This document shows positions 49,007 through 59,862 of a DNA stretch of 64,000 nt, one piece after another; within the stretch, counting starts at the first letter, position 1, and the number at the start of each line of letters is the position of its first letter. The position numbers and the translations under genes were made by a program. The stretch spans positions 356,241 through 420,240 of the IMG/VR virus record IMGVR_UViG_3300045988_170943; one strand, given 5' to 3'. Below the pieces are notes generated by a model, which made no database searches, had not been told where the DNA came from, and saw only the letters and a list, made by a program, of their open reading frames with translations. This DNA comes from a virus.

Positions 49007-49556
49007 GTGAAGCGTCAGCGGAGCGGAACCCCCTCCTGGGGTGAGAGAGTGTGCGTGTGCGGCACCCATAGGGGTGGTGGGGGGTTTGGTGAGCAAAGGC
49101 GGGGCAGAGTGAACGCAGTGAACGCAGCCCCCTTCTTGGGGTGCTGGTGGATTCTTTGGGAGGGAGTGTGGGCCCGGACTGGTACCCAAGGCAGAGGGGA
49201 GCCCTGGCGGGGCGGCCCCTTGGTGTGCGGTCAGGGTGTCAACAGGGGGGGCATGCGTGGGTGTGCGCACGGTAGCCTCATGGGGGCGTGTGAGCGTCAG
49301 CGAGCGCGCGGCCTGGGGTCGGGTGGAGCGGGACCGGAGGGTGTAGTGAAGCGTCAGCGGAGCGGAGCCCGTAGTGTTCCGTGGGGGAGGCCCTGGTGTT
49401 GTTATCGGTTGGGGACAGACCTGTTGGCATGTGATCCCTGGGCGGGGTCTCCTGGTGGGCCCGGGGTGTGGGTGCCTTGCCTAGGGGTGCAGGGTGGTGT
49501 GGTAAGGGATGCAGAGTTGAGCATGGGGTGGGTTGAGTGAGCGTCAGCGAACGAAA
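49007..49556 (+). repeat. four dispersed direct copies of GTGA(A)GCGTCAGCG(G)A(G/A)CG at 49007, 49289, 49346, 49537
   Basis: Copies 1 and 3 are an identical 21-mer gtgaagcgtcagcggagcgga. Copies 2 and 4 are gtgagcgtcagcga(g/a)cg. Spacing 60-280 bp. Confidence 0.8.
49108..49128. repeat. right copy (gtgaacgcagtgaacgcagcc) of a 21-bp perfect inverted repeat
   Basis: Exact reverse complement of 48844-48864. Confidence 0.85.
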
Positions 49557-50336
49557 CCCCTAAGGTGAGTGTGGTAGCGTGGGGTGGGTGGAGGCCTGTG
49601 GGGCTGGTAGGTGAGCACGTGGGGTGAAGTGAATGGAGTATTCGGGTAGCGAGGAGAGCCTGGGTGTGTTGGGTGGCTGGGTGTCAGTGGGGTTGGGGGG
49701 CGACCTTCTGTAGGCATGGGTATAGGGTGTGGGTGTCTGGTGGTGTTGTCTGTGGGGGTGAGTGGTTGAGGTTGGGTTGGGTCTTTGGGGTGTTGGTGGT
49801 GTGAGGGTGGCTGGTGTTGGGGGTTGTGTGTGGGGTGGGACTGGTTGGGGGTGTATTTTTTTGTTTGGGGTGTGGGGTGTGGGTTTCACTGGGGCGCTTG
49901 GGGTGGGGTGTTATTTGTGTGTGATGTCCGCCTGGGGTTTGGGTGGGGAGGTTGTTGAAGCGTATTTGGGTGCGGCCTGTTTTGGTGGTGGTGAGGTAGG
50001 TGCCTTGGTTGATGCTGTTGATTCGTTTGCTGGTGAGGGGTTTGGGTGGTTGTGGCAGGCGTGTTTTGGGTGAAGTGGGTCATAGTGGGGTGGTCTGGGG
50101 TTTTGGTGGTGCCAGTATTGGGGGTGGGACGGCAATAGTGGGGTGTGGGGTTCTTGCTGCGTGTGTTGTGTTCTTGCTGGGGCGGGTGGTGTGGTTCTGG
50201 CCGCGAGTGCTGTGGTTGTCTGTGTTCGCATGTCTTGGGGTGTCGTGTGGCATGGTTCACTCGTCTGGGGGTTGTGTTGGTGTGGTGGTCTGGGTTAGGG
50301 TTGGGTCAACAGGCCGGGAGGCAGAGGGCCCCTGGC

Positions 50337-50714
50337 ATGAACCCGAGAAAGGGGATTAGGATGTTTGATCTGCACGCTGCTGAGGCTCAGGTTCGTGAGG
50401 CTGCTGAGGCTGTTCGTACGATTGTTGGTATGCCTGTCACACAGGTGGATGTCCATCAGGTACTTCAGGTGGAGGAGAATGTTGCCACTCAGGTGGTGAT
50501 TACTGGGCGGTACACGAAGGATGTTTTTGTTAGCGGCGCTGTCTTTGGGTACGGGAACCCGGTTCTGGTGGGGCGGCAGGTTGACCGGGTTGAGGAGTCG
50601 TCGGTTTTTGCGGGTGGTGCCTTTTACTGGTCTGTGAAGGCTTTTGATGCTCAGGGGGATCTTGTTTTTGAGATTTCTGGTGAGGGTGTTGACTGGGAGG
50701 TGCGTTCTCGCTGA
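50337..50714 (+). CDS. hypothetical protein with GT-skewed, T-ending codon usage
   Basis: Diverse amino-acid composition despite GT-rich DNA. RBS gggagg/aaagggga before ATG. Confidence 0.45.
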   Translation: MNPRKGIRMFDLHAAEAQVREAAEAVRTIVGMPVTQVDVHQVLQVEENVATQVVITGRYTKDVFVSGAVFGYGNPVLVGRQVDRVEESSVFAGGAFYWSVKAFDAQGDLVFEISGEGVDWEVRSR

Positions 50715-52643
50715 GTCTCTGGGTTTTGGTTGGGGCCTACTGGGGTGTTGGATCCTGGTGGGTCCCAGTCTTTGTTGTCTGTTGGGGTGCTTGCTTGTTG
50801 TGTGGTGTTGGGCTGTCTGGTTAATTTGGGTGGGGTGTGTGTTGCTGTGCTCCTTCGGTCTGGTGCTGTGTTGGGTTATGGTGCGGCCTGGGATCTGGGG
50901 CTGTGCTCGTGGAGGTGTGTGGTGTACTTCATGTTTTTGGTGGTGTTGTGGTAGGTGGCTGGTGGTGTAGTGTTGAGCCGGTGCCGGGCCAGTCGGGCCG
51001 GGCAATGAACCTTGGGAGGGCTCTGTGATGTGTGTGTCTGATGATGTGGCTGTTGGGGTTGCGTCTGGTGTGGTTGGGGGTGTGCCTTCTGGGGGTGTGG
51101 TTTTTGATCCTGCTGACGTTGGTGGGGGTAACACGGCTGTGAGGGGCGCCTATTCTGTTGTTCGTCGTTGGCTGCCCTGGTATGCCAGTGTCAGTGGCCG
51201 GTGGGGTGGTGATTGGTGTGTTCTTCGTTCTGACGTGGGGAAGGATGAGGGGGTGGACAACTCTGCTTCTGTTACTGTTGCCAGCCGGTGGGATGGTCGG
51301 GTGTTTCACTGGGATGTTGTTGCTGTGCACCGTGGTTGTGAGGCTTGTTGTTCTGGGTCGGGTGACTGGCATGCTATGCGGGTTGCTGTCTTTGGCACGG
51401 TGAACAGGGCGGTGGTGGCCTACTTGTCGTCACCCTTGGATTTTGATTGTGATGAGTGTCGGGAGGCTGGCTGGGTGTGACCGGCCAGGGGGTGGTCTCT
51501 TGTGGTGGCGGGGCTGCCTCTAGCCTGCTTGTTGGTTGGGTGTGTTGGGTGCTTCCAGGTTGGGTGGGGTGGTCTTGGTGTGCTGTGTTAGGGTTGTGAG
51601 GTGGGGTTGGTTGGGGTAGATGGTAGGGACGCCATATGGTGGGGTGGTTGGGTGGTTTCATGCTGGTGTGCGGCCTTGGGGTTTGAGTGCCTTGTTGCTT
51701 GCTGTGGGTTTCCCCTGTCCTCTGGGTCTTGTTGGGGTGCGGCCTCTGTGTGTGGGTGGTTTTCCTGGGGCTGGTGGCGGGTTGGGTCTGATGCCTGTTG
51801 GTCGGGCTGGTTGAGTTGCGTGTCTGTGTCGTGGGGTGGTTTCCTATGGCGTTGGCTGTCTGGCTTTGCCTGCCCGGTTGGAGGTCTCCTTGTGGGGCGT
51901 CTCCTTGGAGTGGTGGCGGGTTGTTCCTTGTTGGCCTCAGGTGGTGTGTGTGAAGGTGGGTGTCACTCAGGTTGTGTGAAGGCGCGAAGATGTGCCACCC
52001 AGGGTGCGGGTATTGGGGTCCGCACCCTGGGTGGTTTTGTTTGCCTGTGCTTTTCTTCTTTGGCCTGTCCGTCTGGTGCGTGCTGGGGCTTCCTGGGCTT
52101 GCTGGGTGCCTGAGTGTGGGACCCTTGTCTGGGCTCGTGGTGGATAGTGGGGACACCAGGATAGGGGTTGGGTGGCGATTTCGTGGAGGGTGTGGTAGCC
52201 CGTGTCTTGTTTCTGGTGCATGTTAATGATGTCGTTCACTTGGGCCGCAAGAACTTGGTGTCGTCTTCTTGTGGTCTTGGCTGTTGTGGGTGGGGGTGAG
52301 GGCTTCGCTGTCTTCTTTGTTGCGTGGGGTGTCCTCGGAGAGGGGGCTGGTGATCTGGACTAGGGGTGGGTGCGGCCTCGATGGCGTGGGTGGTAGTTGG
52401 CGGCCGGGTCGGAGAGGGTGGCGCAGCCTGAGATTCTGTGGCGGGTCAGGTTCTCGTTCTGGTTTGTTGGGTGGGGTACTGTTGCTCTGGGTTCAGGAGG
52501 TCGCGCATGTCCTGGTTGGTGGATTGGATGCGGTAGGCGGCGCCTGGGTGGTGGCCATGGTTGCTCACCCCTCTTTTGTGGGTCTGGGTGATGTGGGGCT
52601 TGTTTGTCTTGTGGCCTGGCGGCGGTGTTGGGGTCTGGTGGGG

Positions 52644-53000
52644 TTAGAACAGGGTGACGGATAGGGTGTCATAGCCTTCGCCCATGATCGTGAGAGGGCG
52701 GTCACGGATGTCGTCTCCGCGGATCCAGATCTCCCACAGGGTGTCCGTGCCTGCCTCGGACTCGTACCAGCAGCAGTTGGGTTCGCCAATGGTGAGCCCT
52801 TCCAGGTTGGTGGTGGTCTTGAAGACTACACCCTCGATCAGCAAGCGGCGTCCTGGGGTGGTGTCGATGACGATGTTGTTCCACCCGTCAGGGCGTGTCT
52901 CCCATGTGGCGGTCTCGATGGTCTGGCCCTTGACCTCTTTGAGGATCTGGGTGGCGGCCAGTACCTTGTCGTGGCCTTGGTGGCTGTTGGTGCTGAGCAT
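52644..53000 (-). CDS. hypothetical protein
   Basis: 118-aa ORF of normal composition embedded in the skewed block. Confidence 0.45.
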   Translation of the reverse strand: MLSTNSHQGHDKVLAATQILKEVKGQTIETATWETRPDGWNNIVIDTTPGRRLLIEGVVFKTTTNLEGLTIGEPNCCWYESEAGTDTLWEIWIRGDDIRDRPLTIMGEGYDTLSVTLF

Positions 53001-54291
53001 GGCTGCCTCCCTACAGGTTGACGGGTCTGGTTCTGTCTTGTAGTGGCTCGCGCCCTGTCGGCGGAGCCCTTATCTGTGGTTACAGCATAGGCGTGTGCTG
53101 GGTGTGTCCGCAACCCTTGGGCGTGTGAACTGGGGCACAGTCAGTGCGGGTGTGCTTGTGGTCTGTTGGGGCTTCTTGGGGTTTGTTCTGTTCTGCTGGG
53201 GTGGATCCATGGGTGTGGGTGCTCGGTTGGGAGTGCTTGGGCACTGGGGTGGGTGCGTGGTTGGTTCGGCCCGACTTTCTGTCTTGTGGTCGTTGGTCGC
53301 CTGCCTGAACTGCTGCCCGTGGAGGGGTGTGCTGCTGGTGCGGTGGTCTGGGGTTGCGTGTACGGGATGCGGAGGGGTGGGGTGCCTGTTGTGTGCGAAA
53401 CCTGGGTGAGGCTGGGACTTTTCGTTGTTATTCCAGTGGTAAAGTCCGTGCAGGCAAGGTCGTGTACTCTCGTTCGTTCCTGTTGTCGGGGTCGCCTTGT
53501 CTGCTCCTCCCTGAATCTGTCCCGCTGAGTGTCTGGTGGTGTCCCTTGTTTGGGGCTTGTTTTGTTGTGGTAGTAGGGGAAGGTGGCTGTGGGTGGGCTG
53601 GTCGTCCAGGTGGATGGGCCCGTGCAGGCAAGGGGGTTTTGAACGTACACCATATGAAAAAGAGATCTTGTATTACCAGGGAACGCTGCACGGGGTACCC
53701 GCCATTGTCACCTGACAGTTCCTCATCGTTTGTGTCCGCTGACTTGTGGGGGCGGGGCGTGTTGCTGGTTGAGGGTGTGATCGGGTTGGTGGTCTGTTTG
53801 GGTGTGGCTGCGACTGGTGGAGGGGTGACGCTGGGTGGGTTGCCTCAGCCTGCTGCTGGGGGTGGGGGTGGCGGAGAACCCTCTGGAAGAGCGTGTAAGC
53901 CACGCTGAGGCGTTTTTGGGGATGTACTGGTACCCTGGATAGGGTGCGGTGGCTCTAGGCCGTTAGGGGCGCTGTGACGACTCCTTGGGTGCTTGTCGCT
54001 CACATGTCCTGCCTTGCCCTTTACTTTCCGGCTGGGCTGGAGGTACGTATGGGGGTGTGGGGCTTAGGTTGTCCAGTGAATGGGTGGGGAGGGGTGGTAG
54101 AGGTAGGGCCGTGCTTGCTTTGGCCGGGTGTTTGTTTATGTGGGTGTTCTTCTGGGTGGGCATATTGTGTTAGGGGTGAATGGATTCTGTCACCCTGTCC
54201 ACGGTTTGTCCTCGTTTCAGGGTTGACGGCCGGGGAGTGAGGGTGTTAAGGTTGTGAGAATTCCTGATTTGGATGAGAGTGAGAGCAAGGT

Positions 54292-55080
54292 ATGAGTGAG
54301 CGACTTGGTGGGGAGCCATCGGATCTGTTGGGGGAGTCTGGTGTGCCTGTTTCAGTGCCCCGTCCTGAATCGGCAGCCATAGTGGATGCTGTGCCTGCTG
54401 GTGGTTCCGCTGTTGCGGGTTCTTTTGTGTCTCGTGTGGCTCCGCTTCGGGAGGATGGGGAGGTTCTGCCTCTGCCGACGGTTGAGGGTGGTTTCAGGAC
54501 GGTGCTGGCTGATCCGCCGTGGCGTTTCCGGAACCGTACTGGGAAGGTGGCCCCTGAGCACCGTCGTCTGGACAGGTACTCCACCATGACGTTGGAGGAC
54601 ATCAAGGGTATCCCTGTGGATGGTGTGACTGCTGAAAATGCGCACTGCTATCTGTGGGTGCCGAACGCTCTGCTTCCTGAGGGGCTGGAGGTTTTGCGGG
54701 CCTGGGGGTTCCGGTACGTGTCGAACCTGGTGTGGGCGAAGCGGCGTAAGGATGGTGGTCCGGATGGTCGTGGGGTGGGGTTCTACTTCAGGAACGTCAC
54801 TGAACTGATTCTTTTCGGGGTCAAGGGGTCTATGAGGACGCTATCTCCGGCCCGTAGTCAGGTGAACATGATCGAGACCCGAAAGAGGGAGCACTCGCGT
54901 AAGCCGGATGAGCAGTACCCGTTGATTGAGGCGTGTTCTCCGGGACCCTATCTGGAGATGTTTGCCCGCTATGGTCGCCCTGGCTGGGTGGCGTGGGGGG
55001 ATGAGTCCGCGGATGATGTCACCCCCAGGGGTGGTGTGCACAGGGGGTACGCGGGTGGGGAGATCGTTCCCAGAGTGTGA
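54292..55080 (+). CDS. MT-A70-family N6-adenine DNA methyltransferase
   Basis: LADPPWRF (DPPW catalytic motif), CYLWVP, WGFRY, FRNVTELILFGVKG. About 80-aa Gly/Ser/Val-rich N-terminal extension. Confidence 0.75.
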   Translation: MSERLGGEPSDLLGESGVPVSVPRPESAAIVDAVPAGGSAVAGSFVSRVAPLREDGEVLPLPTVEGGFRTVLADPPWRFRNRTGKVAPEHRRLDRYSTMTLEDIKGIPVDGVTAENAHCYLWVPNALLPEGLEVLRAWGFRYVSNLVWAKRRKDGGPDGRGVGFYFRNVTELILFGVKGSMRTLSPARSQVNMIETRKREHSRKPDEQYPLIEACSPGPYLEMFARYGRPGWVAWGDESADDVTPRGGVHRGYAGGEIVPRV

Positions 55081-55415
55081 GACAGGACTGTAGGTGGTGG
55101 GGCTGGTTGCCTGGGGTGGCGTGCCCTCTGAGTGCGGGATGCGGCTGCCAGGGGTGCAGGGTGGTGTGGGGTCGGGTGCTTGCTGGGTGTGGTGGGTCTC
55201 AGGGTAGGTTGGGTCCAGTGTGGGCTGCGCCCGGTGTGCTTGGTGCCAGCATGTTGGCGTGGGTGGCATTGTTGGGACTTGTTGCGAGGGTGGCGGCTAG
55301 TGCTGCATGTGGCCCAGTTCACTCACACTGGGGTTGCGTGGTGCTGGTGGCTGGGGTACGCTTGAGTCATCAGCCGGAGGGAAGAGCCTGACGGCGTGAC
55401 CTTAGAGGAGTCAAA

Positions 55416-55943
55416 ATGACTGAGTGCGGAGACGTTAAGGGTTTCACCTGCCCTGGCGATGAGCGCAATGCCCGCGTATTCGTGGAGGTAATTGAGGGTC
55501 TACTGAAGGGGGCAGTGATTGACTCTATCAAGACCTGCTTCCGTAAGAACATGACTGTCCTCACGGAGAACCTTACTGAGGATGACGAGACGGATGACGT
55601 CATTGTCATCGAGGGTCGGAAGTATGGTGAGCCTTTTACGCTGAGTATTGTTGGGGTGTCATTCCCTATCCATGACACCACTACATGTTTCAAGATTGTG
55701 GAGGCGTCTAACTCACTGGGGGAGGTCAAGGGCGTATCCATCATGGATCCGTCGCACGAGTTCTACAACGACTGGGAGTTTTCTCTTTTTTACACTATTT
55801 TGATTAGTCGTGGGTGCGAGGGGGACGTTAAGATCCTGGTCGATGTAAGTGGTGACGGACAGTTGTCTCTCCCCTTCATGGTGTACAATAAGACTCACAT
55901 GTCGTTCTTCAACGGGGAGGTCAGTACCTGGGAGATCGAGTAG
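55416..55943 (+). CDS. hypothetical protein
   Basis: 175-aa acidic ORF of normal composition. Confidence 0.5.
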   Translation: MTECGDVKGFTCPGDERNARVFVEVIEGLLKGAVIDSIKTCFRKNMTVLTENLTEDDETDDVIVIEGRKYGEPFTLSIVGVSFPIHDTTTCFKIVEASNSLGEVKGVSIMDPSHEFYNDWEFSLFYTILISRGCEGDVKILVDVSGDGQLSLPFMVYNKTHMSFFNGEVSTWEIE

Positions 55944-55958
55944 TCATAGCCGCCTTTG

Positions 55959-56012
55959 TAGCAGACGGGACCAGTCTCAACCAGGGGGCTGGTCCCGTCT
56001 GCTATCTGTGTG
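55959..56012 (+). terminator. rho-independent terminator
   Basis: 15-bp stem agcagacgggaccag/ctggtcccgtctgct. Confidence 0.6.
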
Positions 56013-56933
56013 TGCATGGTTTAGTGGTGCCACTGAAGTCCTTCCCGCTCTCACCCGAAGGGGTCCCTTGGTTGTTCTGAGACGTTGGACGCACTGGTAC
56101 CTCTGTCATCTACTTCTTCTGCTGGTGCCGTTGAGGTCTCACACTTTCTTAGCCCTGCCTTTCGGGGCCCCTGCTGACGACCTTTTGGTAGGTGGCAGGC
56201 TACTGAGCCCGAGCACACCTGTAGCGGGGCGGAAACGGATGCGCGTATTCTGTACTGGTGTCGTTTCCTCCCTGAGGGCATGTGCGCCTGGCCTCGGGTT
56301 TCTTTTTCGCTAGGACTGCCTTTTCTACTCTTCACAGGTGGATCCTTCTAGAGTGGAAACGACGCTTCCGCAGTGCGGTTTCTTGGTGTGCCTGCCGTCA
56401 TCTTTTGTCAAGGGGTGTGCATGTTCACGGCAACTGAGTGTATCTGGCATTACCCCGCCCGCGCCTGTGATACTAGGTGAGTCTAAGGCTGCCGGAAGTC
56501 GGGTACTGGGTGGTTGTGTCGCTCTCGGGTGGGTTGAAGTGCTTTTCGGTGAGTGCGTTTCTGGCTAGTACGTCAGGGGTGGGTGGCTTCTGTCAGCAAT
56601 GCTTCTGCCTGTCTCACAAGGGGGACGCCAGAATAGGGTCGCTGCTCGTGTTCTTGCCGCCACCGTCGCTCACAGTGTATGCGCGTGGATCCTGTCTGCA
56701 CCCTGTACTGCGGCCAGGGGAGGAACGTGTAGGTGGGCAGAGAGATGCTGGAGGTGCTGCTACAGGGGCGTCATGTTAGATGCGGTTGCTCGGGCGATGC
56801 ATGTTCACGACACACTGGCTCTGGATCGTGCGCATGAGACTAAGGGCAAGATGGTGGCACGCTGATCATAAAGCACTGGTGGGGCCAGCCGGGAGAGGAT
56901 CCCAGCCAGCCCCACCAGGGGATGGATTGGTTG

Positions 56934-57294
56934 TCAGATACCTGAGGCCAGGCCCTTACATCCGATGATGGCTCCCTTGTCATCGCGGACAACGCGGTCC
57001 GGCGATACGAAATCGGTGCGTCCGACACTGACAGCGTAGTCCGCGAGCGCCTTGGACACGATGTACAGCACTCCGTCCTCCTGGGGAGGAAGCGACTGCC
57101 CATCAACGAGTTCGTCGAGGAACTTAAAGCCCCCCGACAAGGGAATGCTGACCCCGTCCACGTCAATCTGGCTTGAGGTTCCCTTGAAGGTCTTAAGACG
57201 AGGGGCCTCAGCGGCAGGCTTGATGGTCTTGAGGACGTTTCCGTCCTCATCCATGAAGTTGACGTTGTGGGGGGTGAGGTTAACGAGTTCCATT
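56934..57294 (-). CDS. hypothetical protein (start at MELVNL)
   Basis: About 120-aa ORF of normal composition. Confidence 0.45.
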
Positions 57295-57588
57295 GTAATC
57301 TCCTTGGGGTTTGTGCCGTTGCCCCTTTGGCTCTGGCGATGACTTAACCTTAGCGCGTCTGTTGGGTGTAACGCAACCCGGTTTGGTGTGATCTGGCGCA
57401 CACGGGTTTCTGCTTGCTGATGGGTCGTAGTGGGGTGCCCTGAGGGGCGGATAGCGGTAACCCCATCAGAGAGACGAACCCGCTCCCCTGGTGGGGTTTT
57501 GTGGCTGCTCTGGTGGGGTCTTGACGTAGCAGGGTGTGTGTTAGTCGTGTTCTGGCGTGCCCACGCGACTAGCACAACGCACCTTGTG

Positions 57589-58008
57589 TCAAGGTCGCTT
57601 TACAATGCTGGTGCTCATGGCGGCTGCCAGCGCCTCCAGTACCTTGGTGGTGTCGTAATCGCCTAGTTCCAGGTGGGCGACAACCTCAGCAATGGTGTAC
57701 ATGGGGGACAGGTGCACGCCGACACCGCCCCAGTTCTGGTCGTTGGTGATTTCGACGACCACTCCTCCGGGGGTGTAGATGAGAAGGGACCTGCCCTCAT
57801 GGTCCCATGCGAAGATCTGTGCCGTGTCGTCAGGTGAACTGATCGTGCGGGCTACGGCGGGCAGGCTGTCACCGGCCATCTCTTCGTCGTTGAGCAAACG
57901 GCAGATCTGACTCTCAAGGGCCTCCAGGGTGTCGATGTCTGCTCCTAGGCGGGCGTTGGACACCTCGGGGCTGATGGATAGTGCTTCCCACTGGATCCTC
58001 TGGCTCAT
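57589..58008 (-). CDS. hypothetical protein (start at MSQRIQW, RBS aaggaagg)
   Basis: About 139-aa ORF. The upstream extension is not supported by an RBS. Confidence 0.45.
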   Translation of the reverse strand: MSQRIQWEALSISPEVSNARLGADIDTLEALESQICRLLNDEEMAGDSLPAVARTISSPDDTAQIFAWDHEGRSLLIYTPGGVVVEITNDQNWGGVGVHLSPMYTIAEVVAHLELGDYDTTKVLEALAAAMSTSIVKRP

Positions 58009-58472
58009 GATGACACCTTCCTTGTCTTGTTTGCGGCTTGGTTTCTCTAAGGAGTATTCAACCATGCTTGTTGCTGTGTCGCCACTCAAGAACGTGTGAT
58101 GTGAGTCCCTTATCCCCTTATTGGGCTTGCACCAGGGGCGGCAGGCTGGTTCAAGGCGGGCCTGTGCGTTGGCGTGGTTGGTTTTCTCATCCATCTGAGC
58201 ACCCTGTCCTGTTCTTGTGTTTCTAGTACTGGTGCAATGGTGTCCCCAGTGATTGAGGTGCTTTCGTCTGCCGCACTGGGTGAGGGGTGCCTCTGGGGGT
58301 GTTAGTGTGAGGCAAGGCTGGGGCGTGGTCTTGGTGGTGCGGTCCGCCATGGTTCTCCTGTTGCGTCAGGTGCTTTTCTCGTGTATCATGTCGGTAGTGG
58401 TGTGTCCGCCTGTGCCTGTGGCGGGGCGGTTAAGAATGACCCACACCTGAACTCTATGAAGGAGAAGAATGC

Positions 58473-59141
58473 GTGTGTGCGTCTGAGAAGGTTGATGACG
58501 TGCCGACCCTGGATTCTGATGGGCCTCGCCCTACTGGGGTGGAGGCTGTCAGGCGTGTCCTTGCTGGCCTGGGTGTGCCCGATAGCGTCACCCCTTTCAC
58601 TGTCACCCCTGAGGTGCCGGAGTCTGGTGTTTTCGTGATGGCTGCCGTCGTCATGAAATCAGTGGGGGCGGTAGAGTCAGATCTTGCTGTCGCTGTCGTC
58701 TGCTACCTGAGGGACGGCCAGGAGACGGCCAGTGACATGTACATCCAGGTCCTAGCCGGGGAGGATCCGCTGGTGGTGTCCTTCCCGAGGGTGTGGAGCG
58801 AGACCCTGGACAGTGCGGGAGTCAGTGCCCTGGAGGCCGCTAGTGTCGTCCTGGACATTAAGACACTCTTCCCTGGTTGCGAGGGCGACAGCAGTGGTCT
58901 TACGGTCCCGGTGGAGGGTGAGGGTTCCTTCATCCTGGCTGTGCGTGGAGGCCCTGAGGCTGGGCGCGTGGATGTCATCTTTCGCCATGGTTGGGAGCAT
59001 GCTGAGACGATAGTGGACGCCCTGGGCAGAGATCGTGTCCTGTCTGTGATCCCTCAGGGTGACTGGTGGGCTGAAGTCCTGTGTACTCGGGTTCTCACAG
59101 TCGGCGATTTCAAAGCCCCAGTGTTCGTGAAGAAGGCTTGA
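58473..59141 (+). CDS. hypothetical protein
   Basis: 222-aa ORF. Strong RBS aaggag. Confidence 0.5.
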   Translation: MCASEKVDDVPTLDSDGPRPTGVEAVRRVLAGLGVPDSVTPFTVTPEVPESGVFVMAAVVMKSVGAVESDLAVAVVCYLRDGQETASDMYIQVLAGEDPLVVSFPRVWSETLDSAGVSALEAASVVLDIKTLFPGCEGDSSGLTVPVEGEGSFILAVRGGPEAGRVDVIFRHGWEHAETIVDALGRDRVLSVIPQGDWWAEVLCTRVLTVGDFKAPVFVKKA

Positions 59142-59238
59142 CGACTATAGGTTCATCTGTTATGGTATATTCAATGTGAAGGTCTATCTACCTGATATTG
59201 GTGTACACCACAGGTAAGCATTACAGGAGGGGTTTGTT

Positions 59239-59862
59239 GTGGGTTGGGTTCGGGTGAAGAAGGCTGCTGAGATTCTTCGGATGTCTCCAGAGACGGTTCG
59301 TCAGTGGTCTAATACTGGGAAGATTGAGTGTCAGAGGTCGGCTGCGGGTCAGCGTGTCTTTGATGAGGACTACCTGAGGTCTCTGGTTGATCCTGATTCG
59401 GAGGTGTCCTCGCCGCAGTGCGTTTTCTATGTTCGTTCATCCAGTGGTCAGGACACTCCTATGGAGACTCAGAGGAAGGCTCTGGAGGCGGCATATGGTA
59501 AGCCGGTGAAGGTTTTCAGTGACAAGGCGTCAGGGCTGAACGAGCGGCGTAGAGGTCTTACTTCCCTGCTGAACTGGGTGAATGAGCATCATGGTACGAC
59601 TGTCTGTGTGACGGCTAAGGATCGTCTGACACGGTTTGGTTTCACGTATCTGGAGATGCTTATTCAGGACCGTGGTGGTAAGGTGGTTGTTCTGGATGAT
59701 GAGGCATTCAAGGAGCCTCATGAGGCTTTGATGGGTGACTTTATGGCTCTGCTTGCGTCTTTCTCTGGTCGTTTCTACCGTATTCGAGGGTGGGATCAGC
59801 AGCGTCGTCTGCTTGCTGACGCTGGTGACGTCATCAATGAAAGATCAAGTAAGAGTGCCTAG
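59239..59862 (+). CDS. tnpA: IS607-type TnpA: MerR-like HTH fused to serine-recombinase catalytic domain
   Basis: N-terminal HTH (AAEILRMSPETVRQW), catalytic Ser region VFYVRSSSGQD and R...DRLTRFG. GTG start with RBS aggagg. Confidence 0.75.
   Translation: MGWVRVKKAAEILRMSPETVRQWSNTGKIECQRSAAGQRVFDEDYLRSLVDPDSEVSSPQCVFYVRSSSGQDTPMETQRKALEAAYGKPVKVFSDKASGLNERRRGLTSLLNWVNEHHGTTVCVTAKDRLTRFGFTYLEMLIQDRGGKVVVLDDEAFKEPHEALMGDFMALLASFSGRFYRIRGWDQQRRLLADAGDVINERSSKSA

Larger units (their letters stand above)
47150..54250. repeat. gene-poor compositionally skewed block: + strand A/C-rich on 47.15-48.40 kb, G/T-rich on 48.45-54.25 kb
   Basis: Direct reading. Runs of ccacc/caaac to the left and ggtgg/gtttg to the right. 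All long ORFs here are low-complexity on both strands. Only 2-3 plausible small genes. Confidence 0.8.

Noticed and set aside
48844-49556. Possible CRISPR array
   Set aside because: The repeats are of two different kinds, irregularly spaced (60-285 bp) and partly inverted. No constant repeat-spacer periodicity and no cas genes nearby, apart from the unrelated Cas4-like nuclease.
50295-51134. 279-aa minus-strand ORF (Pro/Thr/His-rich)
   Set aside because: Antisense to the plausible + strand gene 50337-50714. Low complexity.
47146-54240. Dozens of overlapping ORFs encoding G/V/W/C/L-rich or P/T/H/Q-rich polypeptides
   Set aside because: The amino-acid composition simply mirrors GT-rich or AC-rich DNA read in any frame. 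They overlap on both strands and lack start contexts. Treated as artifacts, except 50337-50714, 52644-53000 and possibly 51025-51480.
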